A stretch of 64,000 nucleotides of DNA from Trypanosoma brucei (GCA_000002445.1 CP000069.1:128001-192000), one strand, 5' to 3'; counted from the first letter of the stretch, positions 34,348-46,133 are shown. A program made the numbers and translations. Notes: generated from the letters alone by a model not told the origin.

Positions 34348-37300
34348 ATGAGTTGGCAGGAAGGTGGTGGAAGAGGATGTGTGTGCCCTCATGGAAACTG
34401 CAGGCGGAACCTTACCGCAAGGAGCCCTGCAAGGCGTTACAGCATGTACAAGCACTCACCTGTCATTACTGCTGTATCACTGCTACACTTGTTGCCTTTG
34501 CTACTCATGTGGATGCCACCTGTGTGCGCAGAAAACGGTAATGTGACGGTAAAAGTGCTATCCATGATGTACAGCCTCGGTTTCACCACTCCTGAAGTTA
34601 ACGCCATTAATGCCGGCTTTGACGCATCACTGAGTGCCCACAGCTGGAAGACGGGCTCCGGTGCGACAATATCTGTCATCCGTCCCCCATCACCCAATGC
34701 GACAATCGAGGACATATTTCAGCAGGGGGTGAAACAAAGCAAAGACGAGTTATTAGTTGTATTCGGGCCCCTGGGTACTAATCACGTCTCGTGGGTCAGT
34801 GATAAACTAAAGGAACATGATCTTGTTGCCCTAGCTCCCGTTGCGTACTCCAGTGAGGTCCGTGGTTGGAACCCTCACCTTTATTTCATAAGTGTCGAAC
34901 CCAATGCTGAACTCCTCGCCCTCATTCGTTATGCTGTTGTTTACCTCCGTGTCCCACGAATAGGTATGATGCACGTGAAGAGCAGCACCGCCAGTATGGG
35001 ACCGTATGAGTTTACTGTGCAGATATTGGAAATGATGGGTCGCCATTTATGTGGAGTGTTCGTTGTGAAGGAGAGTGAGAATCAAAATATCTCTGAGGAT
35101 GATTTGAACACCAGGTGGAGACAATTTGTTGCTACGCGCCCACAGGCTATATTGTTGTTTTCATCCCTGGGTAATACAGCAAAGTGGTTCATCAAGAAGG
35201 TAGCACAGGACAACCGCACTGCCAATGCGTATCTTCTTTCTACTTCACTACAGCAAAATTTTTTGATCAACATGTGGCGTGAGGCATTGGTGTTAGCTAA
35301 TCGTACATTCACTCCTGGACAGCTAATCACAACTGGAACAGTGCCGCTCGCTAACGATACTCGGTTCTCACTGATTCAGCGCTTCCAGCGTGATGTGAAC
35401 AACTACCTGGATACAAACACTGACTGGAAGGGCTTTGCGAAACCCGATCACTACCTTGAGGACGACAACGCAGGTGAGATGATGGTGTATGGGTGGCTTG
35501 CAGGAGAAGTTCTCTTCCAGGCTCTGAATAACGCTCCACAGCTGACGAACCGTACGTCATTCATGGAATCTCTGTACAAGCAGCGTCGCTACGTGATTGA
35601 TGACCTTGTGGTTGGTGACTTTGGTGGTGAGTGCAATGAGGCCGTTGCATTACAGGGTGCCATGTGTAAATGCAATCAAGGTGGCAGTATGGTATATATG
35701 AAGAGTATAATGGATGGCTTCCGACCAGCGCCTTTGTGGGAGGGACATCTAACGTGGGGTGTATCAGAGTGCTCGAGTGCCAATGTGCATGTGGGTGCGC
35801 CATTGAGTGGCCTCTTTTTGCTTCTCGCAGATAATAAAATTGCATTACGTGCGAGCAGGAAGTGGTTCCTTGGTGCCGAGGTTCATGGCAAGGAAGCGGA
35901 GAATATTGACAATAGAATATTTTTCCATCCCCTAACAGTATCTTCAGAGAATGTGACGCAATCCCTTGAGCAAGTACAGGACAACAGGGATGTATCTGCA
36001 GTATTTGGTATCATGCCTGGAGGGCTTCTGGATCGAAAAGATTTAGTGTTCATCAGTCCTATGACACTTCGACCCCGCATGAAATTGTTTAGGAGAAACG
36101 TAATACACTTACTGCCTGTCCTTGCGCAGCAACTTTATGTGCTTGCTGTGTATCTCTCCAACACTTCTTCCAGAGGAGTAAATGCACTCATACGTAGTGA
36201 GCAAGCAGGGGAGATCAGTAGCCTGCTGTACAAGTCATTGGTTACGTTCGGTGTGCCGCTTGATTCCAGCAAGACACTTGGTGATGGTGACCCGATATCG
36301 TCATATCTCTCGGGTAATGGAGATGTGTTTACTATTGGACTCACTCTCACTGACGTTGCTGCGGTTGCGCGGCACCTTCAGACCCACCGCAGGGCGCGTG
36401 TATTCATTCCATTCAATGACCTTGCAATGTACTACGATGAGTTTGTAGCTGCGTTTAATGCGAGTAAAGAGTCTATTGCTAGCTCAGAGCGGCTCCTATT
36501 CGCGACGAGTTTTCCACACTGGGCAAAGAAGAACACGAAATCAGATGTGGTTGCAAGTTTCCATCGCATTGTGAATGAATCGCATTGGGATCCACTAACG
36601 TTCTTAGGTTTTGTTACCACTCGGCTGCTTCAAGTGATTCTCCCGAATATGAGGAAGGTGAATGCAGAGCTGCTGGCAGACCGCATTTACACGGAGTCCA
36701 ACATCAAAGTGGATGACATGCGATTTGGACCCTTCAGTGATGTGGAATGTGTTTCTGGTACGAGTGTTTCGGCAAATGAGTGTGCCTCAAACTTTGGAGC
36801 CACAAACATTTCTGTATGGTCGATGGCGCGTGTGCTGAATTCAAGTGTGCCCATATTGCAACGCGGCATGACACCGTCTATGGATTATATCATTTCAGGA
36901 GGGAGTCGTCTCACAGGGTCACAGATAGCCGGCATAGGTATTGGGTGTATAGCCGGCTTGATACCTTTTATTGCCCTTGGTGTGCTCCTACGCATCACCC
37001 TGCGGAATGCTCGTGATAACAATCTTGCACCCAAGGAACCAACTGACCCCGTGACACTAATATTTACTGACATTGAGAGCAGCACTGCGTTGTGGGCTGC
37101 ACACCCTGAGCTGATGCCCGATGCCGTTGCGACACATCACTATTTGATTCGTTCACTGATTGGGAGGTATAAGTGCTACGAAGTCAAAACTGTAGGGGAT
37201 TCGTTCATGATAGCGAGTAAGAGTCCTTTCGCTGCCGTCCAACTCGCACAGGAACTACAGCTGTGTTTCTTGCAGCATGACTGGGGAACAAATGCAGTTG

Positions 37301-38154
37301 ATGATTCTTACCAGCAGTTTGAGCAGCAGCGTGCGGAGGAGGACGAGATGTACACACCGCCAACTGCGCGGTTGGACCCTAAAGTGTACAGTCGTTTGTG
37401 GAATGGCCTGCGTGTACGTGTTGGAATCCACACCGGGTTATGCGACATCCGACACGATGAAGTGACGAAGGGATATGACTACTATGGGCGGACTCCAAAC
37501 ATGGCAGCAAGGACGGAGAGTGTAGCAAATGGTGGTCAGGTGCTGATAACAGGCTCAACATACCTGTCACTGTCGGCTGAGGAGCGTGAGCAAATTGATG
37601 TCACTGCACTTGGTGGTGTGCCGCTACGTGGTGTGCCCGATCCTGTGGAAATGTACCAGTTGAATGCCGTGCCTGGTCGCAACTTTGCTGCATTACGGCT
37701 GGAACGTGAAATCGAGGATGAAGAAGATGTTGGAACAGGTAGTAGCGCTAGTGAGTCGAGCTTTAATGAGTGTGGTTTAACTGCCACCGCTCAACAGGTT
37801 GCTGGTTGTATTGATGCCCTCATTGGCGCATTTCCAGTTATCCAGCGACAGAAGATGCTTGCAACATTTTGTGAGCGTTGGCATGTTAAGAAGCCCCCAG
37901 GGGTGGATGCTTGGAATGAAGCCAGTTGTCGCTGTGTTACCCGTCGGATTGCTGCAAAGGTGGGTTGTGTTATGGATTTTGGAACGAGGAGCTCCTCCAG
38001 CAGTGTGACATCATTGGAAAGGGGTGGAAGTCTCTTTTCACCTGGAGGAGCTACTGTTGCAACGGTTGCTTCATCTTCAAACTTTTCCTATGTTGAGGGA
38101 AAACGTGGCGCCACTGATTTGATTGACCTGGAAAGTGTTGGTAGTACCTGTTAA
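34348..38154 (+). CDS. GRESAG4: receptor-type adenylate cyclase GRESAG4-like, full length (F3)
   Basis: 1268-aa frame from ATG 34348 (the ORF-track start 34327 is a GTG). Same architecture and motifs. The C-terminal tail differs from F1/F2 (ends ...YVEGKRGATDLIDLESVGSTC, earlier stop). Confidence 0.9.
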   Translation: MSWQEGGGRGCVCPHGNCRRNLTARSPARRYSMYKHSPVITAVSLLHLLPLLLMWMPPVCAENGNVTVKVLSMMYSLGFTTPEVNAINAGFDASLSAHSWKTGSGATISVIRPPSPNATIEDIFQQGVKQSKDELLVVFGPLGTNHVSWVSDKLKEHDLVALAPVAYSSEVRGWNPHLYFISVEPNAELLALIRYAVVYLRVPRIGMMHVKSSTASMGPYEFTVQILEMMGRHLCGVFVVKESENQNISEDDLNTRWRQFVATRPQAILLFSSLGNTAKWFIKKVAQDNRTANAYLLSTSLQQNFLINMWREALVLANRTFTPGQLITTGTVPLANDTRFSLIQRFQRDVNNYLDTNTDWKGFAKPDHYLEDDNAGEMMVYGWLAGEVLFQALNNAPQLTNRTSFMESLYKQRRYVIDDLVVGDFGGECNEAVALQGAMCKCNQGGSMVYMKSIMDGFRPAPLWEGHLTWGVSECSSANVHVGAPLSGLFLLLADNKIALRASRKWFLGAEVHGKEAENIDNRIFFHPLTVSSENVTQSLEQVQDNRDVSAVFGIMPGGLLDRKDLVFISPMTLRPRMKLFRRNVIHLLPVLAQQLYVLAVYLSNTSSRGVNALIRSEQAGEISSLLYKSLVTFGVPLDSSKTLGDGDPISSYLSGNGDVFTIGLTLTDVAAVARHLQTHRRARVFIPFNDLAMYYDEFVAAFNASKESIASSERLLFATSFPHWAKKNTKSDVVASFHRIVNESHWDPLTFLGFVTTRLLQVILPNMRKVNAELLADRIYTESNIKVDDMRFGPFSDVECVSGTSVSANECASNFGATNISVWSMARVLNSSVPILQRGMTPSMDYIISGGSRLTGSQIAGIGIGCIAGLIPFIALGVLLRITLRNARDNNLAPKEPTDPVTLIFTDIESSTALWAAHPELMPDAVATHHYLIRSLIGRYKCYEVKTVGDSFMIASKSPFAAVQLAQELQLCFLQHDWGTNAVDDSYQQFEQQRAEEDEMYTPPTARLDPKVYSRLWNGLRVRVGIHTGLCDIRHDEVTKGYDYYGRTPNMAARTESVANGGQVLITGSTYLSLSAEEREQIDVTALGGVPLRGVPDPVEMYQLNAVPGRNFAALRLEREIEDEEDVGTGSSASESSFNECGLTATAQQVAGCIDALIGAFPVIQRQKMLATFCERWHVKKPPGVDAWNEASCRCVTRRIAAKVGCVMDFGTRSSSSSVTSLERGGSLFSPGGATVATVASSSNFSYVEGKRGATDLIDLESVGSTC

Positions 38155-39319
38155 TATCCTTCATGACATTGATGTATGTTTTGTTGTAAATGGATAATAA
38201 TGTTTATATAATATGTGCAAACTTTTTTTAGATACACTTCATATAGTGTTCTTCTAATACTTTGCTCCCCAACTTTTTGCGCATGCAATATTTCCCTCAT
38301 ATGTTGGGTGTTTAAATATTTTTATGCACAGGGATGCATTTTATTTCTGAAATGGGCACACCATTTTTTGATTGTAATATATGAAAGTCGTTAATTTTCT
38401 GTTTAACGTAGTGAGGGATGTGTGCATCCACGCCACCATTAATGCTTAAATTTTCGTAAATAATATCTTATTTAAATTTAAATTGCCGTCCGTGTGGGCC
38501 GTTGTCAAGTGAGGCGCTCCACCTCTAATGTGTTGTTAGGAGCTGTGTCCTTGCATTTAAAAATGTGTTTGATAATAAGGTGATGCCCATGAAGCGGAGG
38601 CTATAGCGAAGTAAAAGTGACCGCCGGTGCTTATTCCTCGCGTCTACCCTAATCTTTTTTTTTCATTCGGAGATGCTGGCTTGTAAGGTATCTCTTAATC
38701 ACCTTGCTGCATGTAACTATTTGCAATATCTGATACATGTGTATAACTTCCTTTATATTTCTCTATGGTTGCTGAAACTTTCCTCATATTCTCTCGCACA
38801 CTCTCTTTTACTCCTAGACAGTCAAGGAATATGAAACTGAGCAATGTCTGCCGTGATGTTGTGAGTTAAAATTTACAGTTTGAGTGTTAACTGTGACTGT
38901 TAGTGTGCTGTGTTTTTGTTAATGGCAATCCAGTTTATGATACTGTAATGTTCTATCTACACATTTACCCTTATGCCTAGTGATGTTATATGTTTTTGTA
39001 TCGGATACATGAATGATATGTGGGTGTATGGGGGAATGTGTGTTGAACTACTTTCTCGCTGTTATGGTTTGTGTAATGTTATCCACTACAGTAGTTCCCT
39101 TTCCCACGCTCTTACATATACATATGCAGTCTATTAATCTTGTACCAATACTTTGTTATTATGCCCTTTTTGTCCTGTAGTTTGAAAGTTGAATTACGTT
39201 GAGTTACTAGTATCACGGTTACCTCCATGCGTGAATTACATGCTAGAGATGGCGTAGTCACTTACGTAGTGTTTTTCTATGTTACTACAGCTGCTGGCTG
39301 AAGTATAGCTTGCAAATGG
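38155..39319 (+). repeat. T spacer copy 3
   Basis: Near-identical to 26798-27949. Confidence 0.75.
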
Positions 39320-42300
39320 ATTATTATGGGTAAGGGTATGCAACATGTTATACAGTGACAAGATCTCAGCAAAGGTATGTGATCCTATTATTGCAGGTTT
39401 CAACGCATCTATTACCAACGGGAAGTCGCTTCCGTGTGTCAGTGTGGCAGTTGCATATGTTCCGTCTCTGGATGACTTTGGATACGCCATCTGTACAACC
39501 AATTACGGTGATGAGTTTGCTATTATACTGGAATCTGTGGGTGACAAAAATACTCTCAACTTAACCAAATATTTCAATGAAAAGAATGCGTAGTTGATTT
39601 CTTACCTTTCACAGGATTCAGTAGGGTACACAGTTGGAATCCCAATTTATACCTCCTGGAAGCACCACTCGCCGTTGAGATGCTTGCTCTTTTCCGTTAT
39701 GCTATCACTCAGTTACGGTCACACCGACTGGATTTCATGTATTTGAAAGATGTTTCTTATGGTGATGATGAGTATAAGCTTGCTGCGTAGTTGGCAACAC
39801 GGATGAATCGCAAGTTGTTTAGTTGTTATTTTTTTGCATTGAAGAGTCAACTTGATAAGGAATCGGATAACAGGAGCTTCAGTGCGGAGTGTAATAAGGT
39901 TGCCGATACTGGACCTCAGGGAATGATTGTATTTGGTTCTCCAATCCCTGATATGAAGAGATTCCCCATGAAATGATTATATGACCACAGGACAAGAGGC
40001 GAATATTTATTCATACACCCTCTGCACTCCAACACGCCATCAAGAACAAGTGGGCATATAAATTGGGTAGAGACGAGTTTGTGGCTGCTAAGATAATAAT
40101 AACTGGGGCTGACCTAATTACGAAGGGTGACACATACAAAGCTGTCAGGCGTTTCAGAGATGATATGACTATGTTGTTAAAGGTTAATGGTAATAACTAT
40201 AAGCGCACAAGGTGGGATATTAACGAAAATAACTTCACCGAGCAAGACGCTGAAGCTGAGCTGACATTGAACAGATGGGTTGCTGGAGAGGTATTGAAAC
40301 AGGCACTGAGTTGTCACGAATAGCTAACTAGCAGGGGTGTATTTATGAAATCACTGTACAATAAACGTCGTTATCCAATTGATAATATTGTGGTTGGTGA
40401 CTTTGGTGGTGAGTGCCGTAATAAGGCGGGAGAGCGGGGTGTATCGTGTTTACGTAACCAAGGTGGGAGTGTGATGTGCGTGAAGAAGGTGGAAAAGGAT
40501 CTCCATCTGCACCCTATGAAGGAAGCTATATTAACCCTTGGTTCATCTCGCTGTTATCGAGACCTGCCACAGTTGTAGGGCCCATTGAGTGGGGTCATGT
40601 TTAATATAACCGATGACCCAAAGGCACTGCGTACTGCATAGATGGTATACGATGGTGTCCCTCATGTTGTTGGCAAAGGTCAGCTGGGTCACTCTGATAG
40701 TTTCTTTTTACACTGACTATCCTCGAAATCTTACGAAACTTGTGCAACTCTGTATAATGATGTTGAGAAACGAGTTGTAACTGCTGTGCTTGGTGTCGTG
40801 GATAATTCGTTACTACGGACGAAGGGTATGGCATTCATCGATCCTATAATACTCACATCACAACCGAGTAACCCCAGAAGGAATGTGATCCACCTGTTAC
40901 CAACAAATGAGCAGCAGTTATTTATGATAGTTGAGCATATTATACAAAATGGTGCAGGAAGGATGCATTTCATTGTGTGTCGTGGTGGTGATACGAGAGG
41001 AATTAGGAATATGTTGCAAAAACACTTGACAACTTTAACACATCACTAAGCTTCTTTGTTGCGAGTGGTGAAGGTCCTATTTTGAGAGACAAGCTGTCAA
41101 CTGCATGTGAGGTATTGGTTGTAGGTCTTATCCCATATAATATCCCCATAATCCTCTTTCACCCTAACAAACACCGTAATGCGCACGTCTTCGTCCTGTT
41201 CTTCGATGATGCACCAATCCACGGCGAACTCGTGAGTGCCTTCCATGAAGAGCCATTTTCTAACCGCTTGCTATTCGCAACGAATCTGTCACATCGGAGG
41301 GATAAGATCACGGAGTCCAAAACAGTACGTGAGTTCCGCAAGATCGTGCAGAATGAGTCGAAGTGGAAGCCGTTGTCACTACTTGGGTCTGCCATCGCAT
41401 ACGCAATGGGAAGTGTCCTGCAATGTATGGGTCGTTTGGAGACAAGTGTACGAACGAAACTTGACTTGAGGCGAAGCACTGTTGTCAACTGTGGTGCGAT
41501 GCATATTTTTGTATGGTCGATGTCACATGTTCTAAACCCTTTTGTGTCCTCTGCGCTGTCGTCTGCCACACTGTCAGTGACCTATGATGAACCGAGATGG
41601 ATCCAACAGATAACTGAGCAAATTGCCGCTATTGCAGTTGGCTTCGTCGTAATCTTGGTGCCGCTTGTTACGGTTCTTGTGGTTGTTATATTAGCAACAC
41701 ACCGGAATGCTCGTGATAACAATCTTGCACCCAAGGAACAAACTGACCCCGTGACACTAATATTTACTGACATTGAGAGCAGCACTGCGTTGTGGGCTGC
41801 ACACCCTGAACTGATGCCTGTTGCCGTTGCAACACATCACTATTTGATTCGTTCACTGATTGGGAGGTATAAGTGCTACGAAGTCAAAACTGTAGGGGAT
41901 TCGTTCATGATAGCGAGTAAGAGTCCTTTCGCTGCCGTCCAACTCGCACAGGAACTACAGCTGTGTTTCTTGCAGCATGACTGGGGAACAAATGCAGTTG
42001 ATGATTCCTACTGGGAATTTGAGCAGCAGCGTGCGGAGGAGGACGAGAAGTACACACCGCCAACTGCGCGGTTGGACCTCAAAGTGTACAGTCGTTTGTG
42101 GAATGGCCTGCGTGTACGTGTTGGAATTCACACCGGGTTGTGCGATATCCGACACGATGAAGTGACGAAGGGATATGACTACTATGGGCGGACTCCAAAC
42201 ATGGCAGCAAGGACGGAGAGTGTAGCAAATGGTGGTCAGGTGCTGATAACGCATGAGGTTTACATGTCATTTTCAGCTGAGGAGCGTGAGCAAATTGATG

Positions 42301-42809
42301 TCACTGCACTTGGTGATGTTGCACTTCGTGGCGTGAATGATCATGTGGAAATGTACCAGTTGAATGCCGTGCCTGGTCGCAACTTTGCTGCATTACGGCT
42401 GGAACGTGAACTCTTTGATGAAGACGAGGATGGCACGACAACCTCCACCAGCGACCACAGTTCTTCACGTGCGGAGCTGAGTGAATCAGCACAATCGATA
42501 TTGAACTCACTGCAGTCTGTTTTCCGAACTTTTAAAGCAGCGCAACGGGGGAGTCTTCTGGCGTCGCTTTGTGAGCGTTGGCGTGTGCCTCTTCCCCGTG
42601 AAGCTGCATTCGAGTGGGATGACGCCTACTGTGAGGAAGTGGTGCGTCGCATTGCAGTTAAGGTTGGGCGTGTCGCTGACCGTAGCGCTCAAAGTGGAAG
42701 CAGTGAAGCTTCTGTGAGTACTGAAGAGGGCTCAATCATAATTGTTCCATTCGTTGGTTCACATTTCAGAGAAGGCCACTTTGGGTGTTCGCTTCCGTCG
42801 TTACATTAG
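39320..42809 (+). pseudogene. P3: degenerate divergent adenylate cyclase paralog, N-terminal half fragmented, C-terminal TM+cyclase half open
   Basis: Fragment ORFs 39345-39593, 39791-39976, 40063-40323, 40345-40578, 40786-41049 in different frames, each homologous in order to the F ectodomain, then the 575-codon frame 41082-42809. Confidence 0.75.
41082..42809 (+). CDS. TM + cyclase catalytic domain frame of P3 (575 codons from a non-ATG start; first in-frame ATG about 109 codons in)
   Basis: TM IAAIAVGFVVILVPLVTVLVVVIL plus cyclase motifs. The tail is QRGSLLASLCERWRVPLPREAAFEWDDAYCEEVVRRIAVKVG, homologous to but divergent from the F tail. Confidence 0.55.
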   Translation: MRDKLSTACEVLVVGLIPYNIPIILFHPNKHRNAHVFVLFFDDAPIHGELVSAFHEEPFSNRLLFATNLSHRRDKITESKTVREFRKIVQNESKWKPLSLLGSAIAYAMGSVLQCMGRLETSVRTKLDLRRSTVVNCGAMHIFVWSMSHVLNPFVSSALSSATLSVTYDEPRWIQQITEQIAAIAVGFVVILVPLVTVLVVVILATHRNARDNNLAPKEQTDPVTLIFTDIESSTALWAAHPELMPVAVATHHYLIRSLIGRYKCYEVKTVGDSFMIASKSPFAAVQLAQELQLCFLQHDWGTNAVDDSYWEFEQQRAEEDEKYTPPTARLDLKVYSRLWNGLRVRVGIHTGLCDIRHDEVTKGYDYYGRTPNMAARTESVANGGQVLITHEVYMSFSAEEREQIDVTALGDVALRGVNDHVEMYQLNAVPGRNFAALRLERELFDEDEDGTTTSTSDHSSSRAELSESAQSILNSLQSVFRTFKAAQRGSLLASLCERWRVPLPREAAFEWDDAYCEEVVRRIAVKVGRVADRSAQSGSSEASVSTEEGSIIIVPFVGSHFREGHFGCSLPSLH

Positions 42810-45407
42810 TGGTAGTGTTGCACGTCATAAAGCGTACAAATCTCTTAGTTTTACTCGGCGGAAAAGTTAATTAGCATACCGATTGTAGTAGTTGTTAGTG
42901 AATTTTAACGTAGTCTCGGTAGGGTTTGTCTTTTGTATCTATTTTTATCTTTTGCCATCTATTTATTATTACATTTTTTACATTCTATTTTTGGTGGCTG
43001 CTGCCTCTGCATTAAAGCACATACTAATCTTAAGAGGGAACATGCCCTCTGTTAGATTACACATGCGTTGTCTTTCAAGACACTGAATTAACACATGCAT
43101 GTGTTTTGCCGTGTCAGCGCCGGTTGGTTTCTTACTGTTCCAAATCCGACACTTATGGAAGACAGGACGGCTCAACATTTCTTCTAATTTAACCAAAACG
43201 TTTTTGTTCTGTGAGTAATCACAAAATGGGATTAGCTATGTACTTTCCCTAAGGGCTCTCTTTTTTATTTGTGTCCTTGCCATTTGAGGCTTTAAGAAAA
43301 GTAAGGTGAAACATTTCTTTTTCAACACGTCTGTCCTTAAGCGTGCGAGTGCATGACTATTTTTTTTAAACATTCCACCTCTCACGCCCAATCCCGCAGC
43401 CTTTCGGGTACAAAACTGTGTTTCCGTGTGTGTCTGCGTCACGTTTTTCTTTTTGAATCCACTTAATGCTAGCGGTGTCTTTAAATATTTTTTCATAATG
43501 AGTGTTATGTTGCATGTGTGTATGTATGTGTTGGGTGTTATGTGGGCTGTTGTATCTCTCTCTTCGGATATACAACCCTTATCACCCTCTGCATTGATGT
43601 TACATGTTGTTTCACCAGTTGCATGCTTTTTTCCCCTTCACTCATTTGTGTTGCCGTAAGGATTTAAGGTATGCGATTGCCTCCATTCCCTCCAGAGTGT
43701 GATGTCGATGCATGGGCTTAGTTATGCACTGAAACCCGCGTTGCCTCGCAGTATAACAAAGTTCCTTCACCATCACAGTTATTGCAGCTTATACTAATTA
43801 TAGTATTGTGAGGGAGTTTTGTAACACGTTCACTCTGTTAATATTGCTGAGCCTATAATATCCTTCTGTTATTTACAACACTGTTTGGACACCCGAGGGG
43901 AGTGCAGAAATGCCGCTCCTTTATAGGGACAAACCTCATTTATCCGTATTTTGTGGTAATTCAAGACTGAACCCTTGACGTTTTAACTGTGTGATGAGGA
44001 GCTACGACGAGTTGTGGCGGGAGGGAGCGTCTACGTCGCTGCAGTGTGTAACCTCAACTGAGCATTTGGCATAACCTCTACATGCTTCCCTTTACATCAT
44101 GTGTGTTTGCGTGCATGGGCTCTGATTGTTACTTGCGCATATCTGCCGCCCTCACTTGGGGCTTTTCCCCCCATGCAGGAGTGTACGCACTGGCAGCCGC
44201 TTTGGAGTATCAAAAATACTGCTACGTGCTGAAGATATTATTTGGGAAGGGAACAAATGGAGGGAAAGACTGTCGACCTTCAGGGGGAAAGGATAAACTC
44301 ACCTGAATCGCAGCGGAACTCGTGCGGCTGCAGGCATCCAACCTTTTTCCCTCAAGGGCAATTGTTATCCCTGAGCGGGTTGTTTTATTAATTTTCCAGC
44401 CCTGTATGGCCGGAGTGCGTGTGGTCGCGATGTTTATGTAACTCCTTTTGTTACATCACTTTCCTTCTTTTGTAAACCCCCGTAGTCGCCGGACGCCTCG
44501 TGCCGCATGCGGGCCCGATTAATTTTTTGGTTTGGGAATGAGATTGGAGGTACAAACTCTGATGAGGTCCACTGGCTGATCGCTGCTGCGTTGCTTAGAT
44601 GCGTTTTTATTATTCCTTACTTCTTTCCAACGCTACGTGGAGAAGGTGTGGTGACGGTGGCAGCAACTGTTGGAAGTGCGAAAAAGAGGGCTCAATCATT
44701 TCAAAGTGGAAAGGGGCCCATTACCCGGAATTGAAAACTCATCTGATCGCGAACGGCGTTTGGGTTGCGACCAGGAAATGAAATTTGTGTTACGGTCCAA
44801 ATACGAAACTTGTTGGGTGGACCCAAGGAAAGAAATAAAATGGATAAATACATGCTCTCTGCTGCATGAGACCCGGAATATGAGGAAAATGGTGCGAATG
44901 GATGTGGAGGGTGTGTCTAACCGGATGAGTGAGTGACGACGCAACAACACGAAGATGAATGAAGGAAAAGGGAGGAGTGACAATGCATCCCAAAAGGCAG
45001 ATGATTGATGTCATAAGAGGGGACCAAGTGTTTCCGCATGATTGCGGCGTCTGCAAGTAAAGTAGGGTACAAAGGAGAAAAAAAAAGAGAAAGCGGAACT
45101 GGATGAGATTCGGTTCTTCCGTCGCGCATGTTCTTACGCCCTTCTTCCACTGCATGTGCTATGCGACATTCGTGCCCGAGGGGAAACTTTTCCCGTCTGC
45201 AAAGCGCCTTTAAGAAGTATATGAGAGGAACAACCAGCCAAGCAGCCACACAAAAGGCGAAGGACACAACAGAAATTATTAAGAGCCGAGACGCATTAGC
45301 CGAGGTAGACGCTGGCGGAAGCAAAACAACAAACAAGTGACTGCGGCACTGAAATAAGAAACAATCCAAACTCTTGCCCCACATCACACTTAAATACTTC
45401 CTTGCGA
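42810..45407 (+). repeat. S spacer copy 3 (terminal copy; departs from the consensus at 45407 and runs into the B repeat)
   Basis: Identical to 31444-34045 up to ...acttccttgc, after which the U5/F unit is absent and the B repeat follows. Confidence 0.75.
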
Positions 45408-45419
45408 AAAAGAAGAAAA

Positions 45420-45658
45420 GAGGGAAAAACAATGCGCGTAATAACAAATGATAAGTGAGCGCATGTCTTGTGACAATCATGTGGTGGCTGCTGCAGATGG
45501 GGAGCCAACAGCAGAGAACCAAATGAAAGCAAGTATCCTCTACAAAATGGAGGACAGATGAAAAGGGTTATGTGGTTAAGGGGATTCAACAAAATAAACT
45601 AAAAGGGTCAACTATACATGAGCAAATGCAGCCACACAAACACACATGGAGCATGCGA
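45420..45658 (+). repeat. B boundary repeat, second copy
   Basis: Matches 22390-22618. Confidence 0.7.
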
Positions 45659-46110
45659 TGTGAAGTTAACTGTTTGGTTGTGCCTGGTTGAGGCGTACAA
45701 ACAATTTTTTTTGTTTTTCTGAATTTTTGTTCTCTGCTTTTTCTTGCTTGTCTGCGGGTGGAAGCGTAGTGTAGGGGCTGAGAAGCAGCTAAGCCAACAG
45801 CCCCGGTGCGAGATGTGACGCAGAGAAACTGGTAGCACGCCGTTTCATCGTCAGTTATAGAGTAATCCAGGGGAGAAAAAAGCGAAACGCGCCAAGAGCA
45901 CCGCCGAGAAGCAAAGAAAAAAGAAGGAAGGGGAAAACATTCCGCAGGGGTCGATTTCCATTCTTTCGTTTCCTCCCTCATTTCCTCGCTTCTGTCTGAG
46001 TAACCAAAACACGTGGGAGGAAGTTTGCACACCTGTGCGTTTCCTTTCTATCTGTTTTTCTCTTAAAAGAAAAAAAAAACAGGAATACACCTCTTATCCA
46101 AACTCGTTCT

Positions 46111-46133
46111 CCATTCCATTCCATTCCATTCCA
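46111..46133. repeat. (CCATT)4 microsatellite in the convergent intergenic region
   Basis: ccattccattccattccattcca read directly. Confidence 0.8.

Noticed and set aside
1-45665. Regularly spaced multi-kb repeats could superficially suggest a CRISPR-like or satellite array
   Set aside because: The units are 8-11 kb gene-containing segmental duplications in a eukaryotic (trypanosomatid) context, not 25-50-bp repeat/spacer structures.
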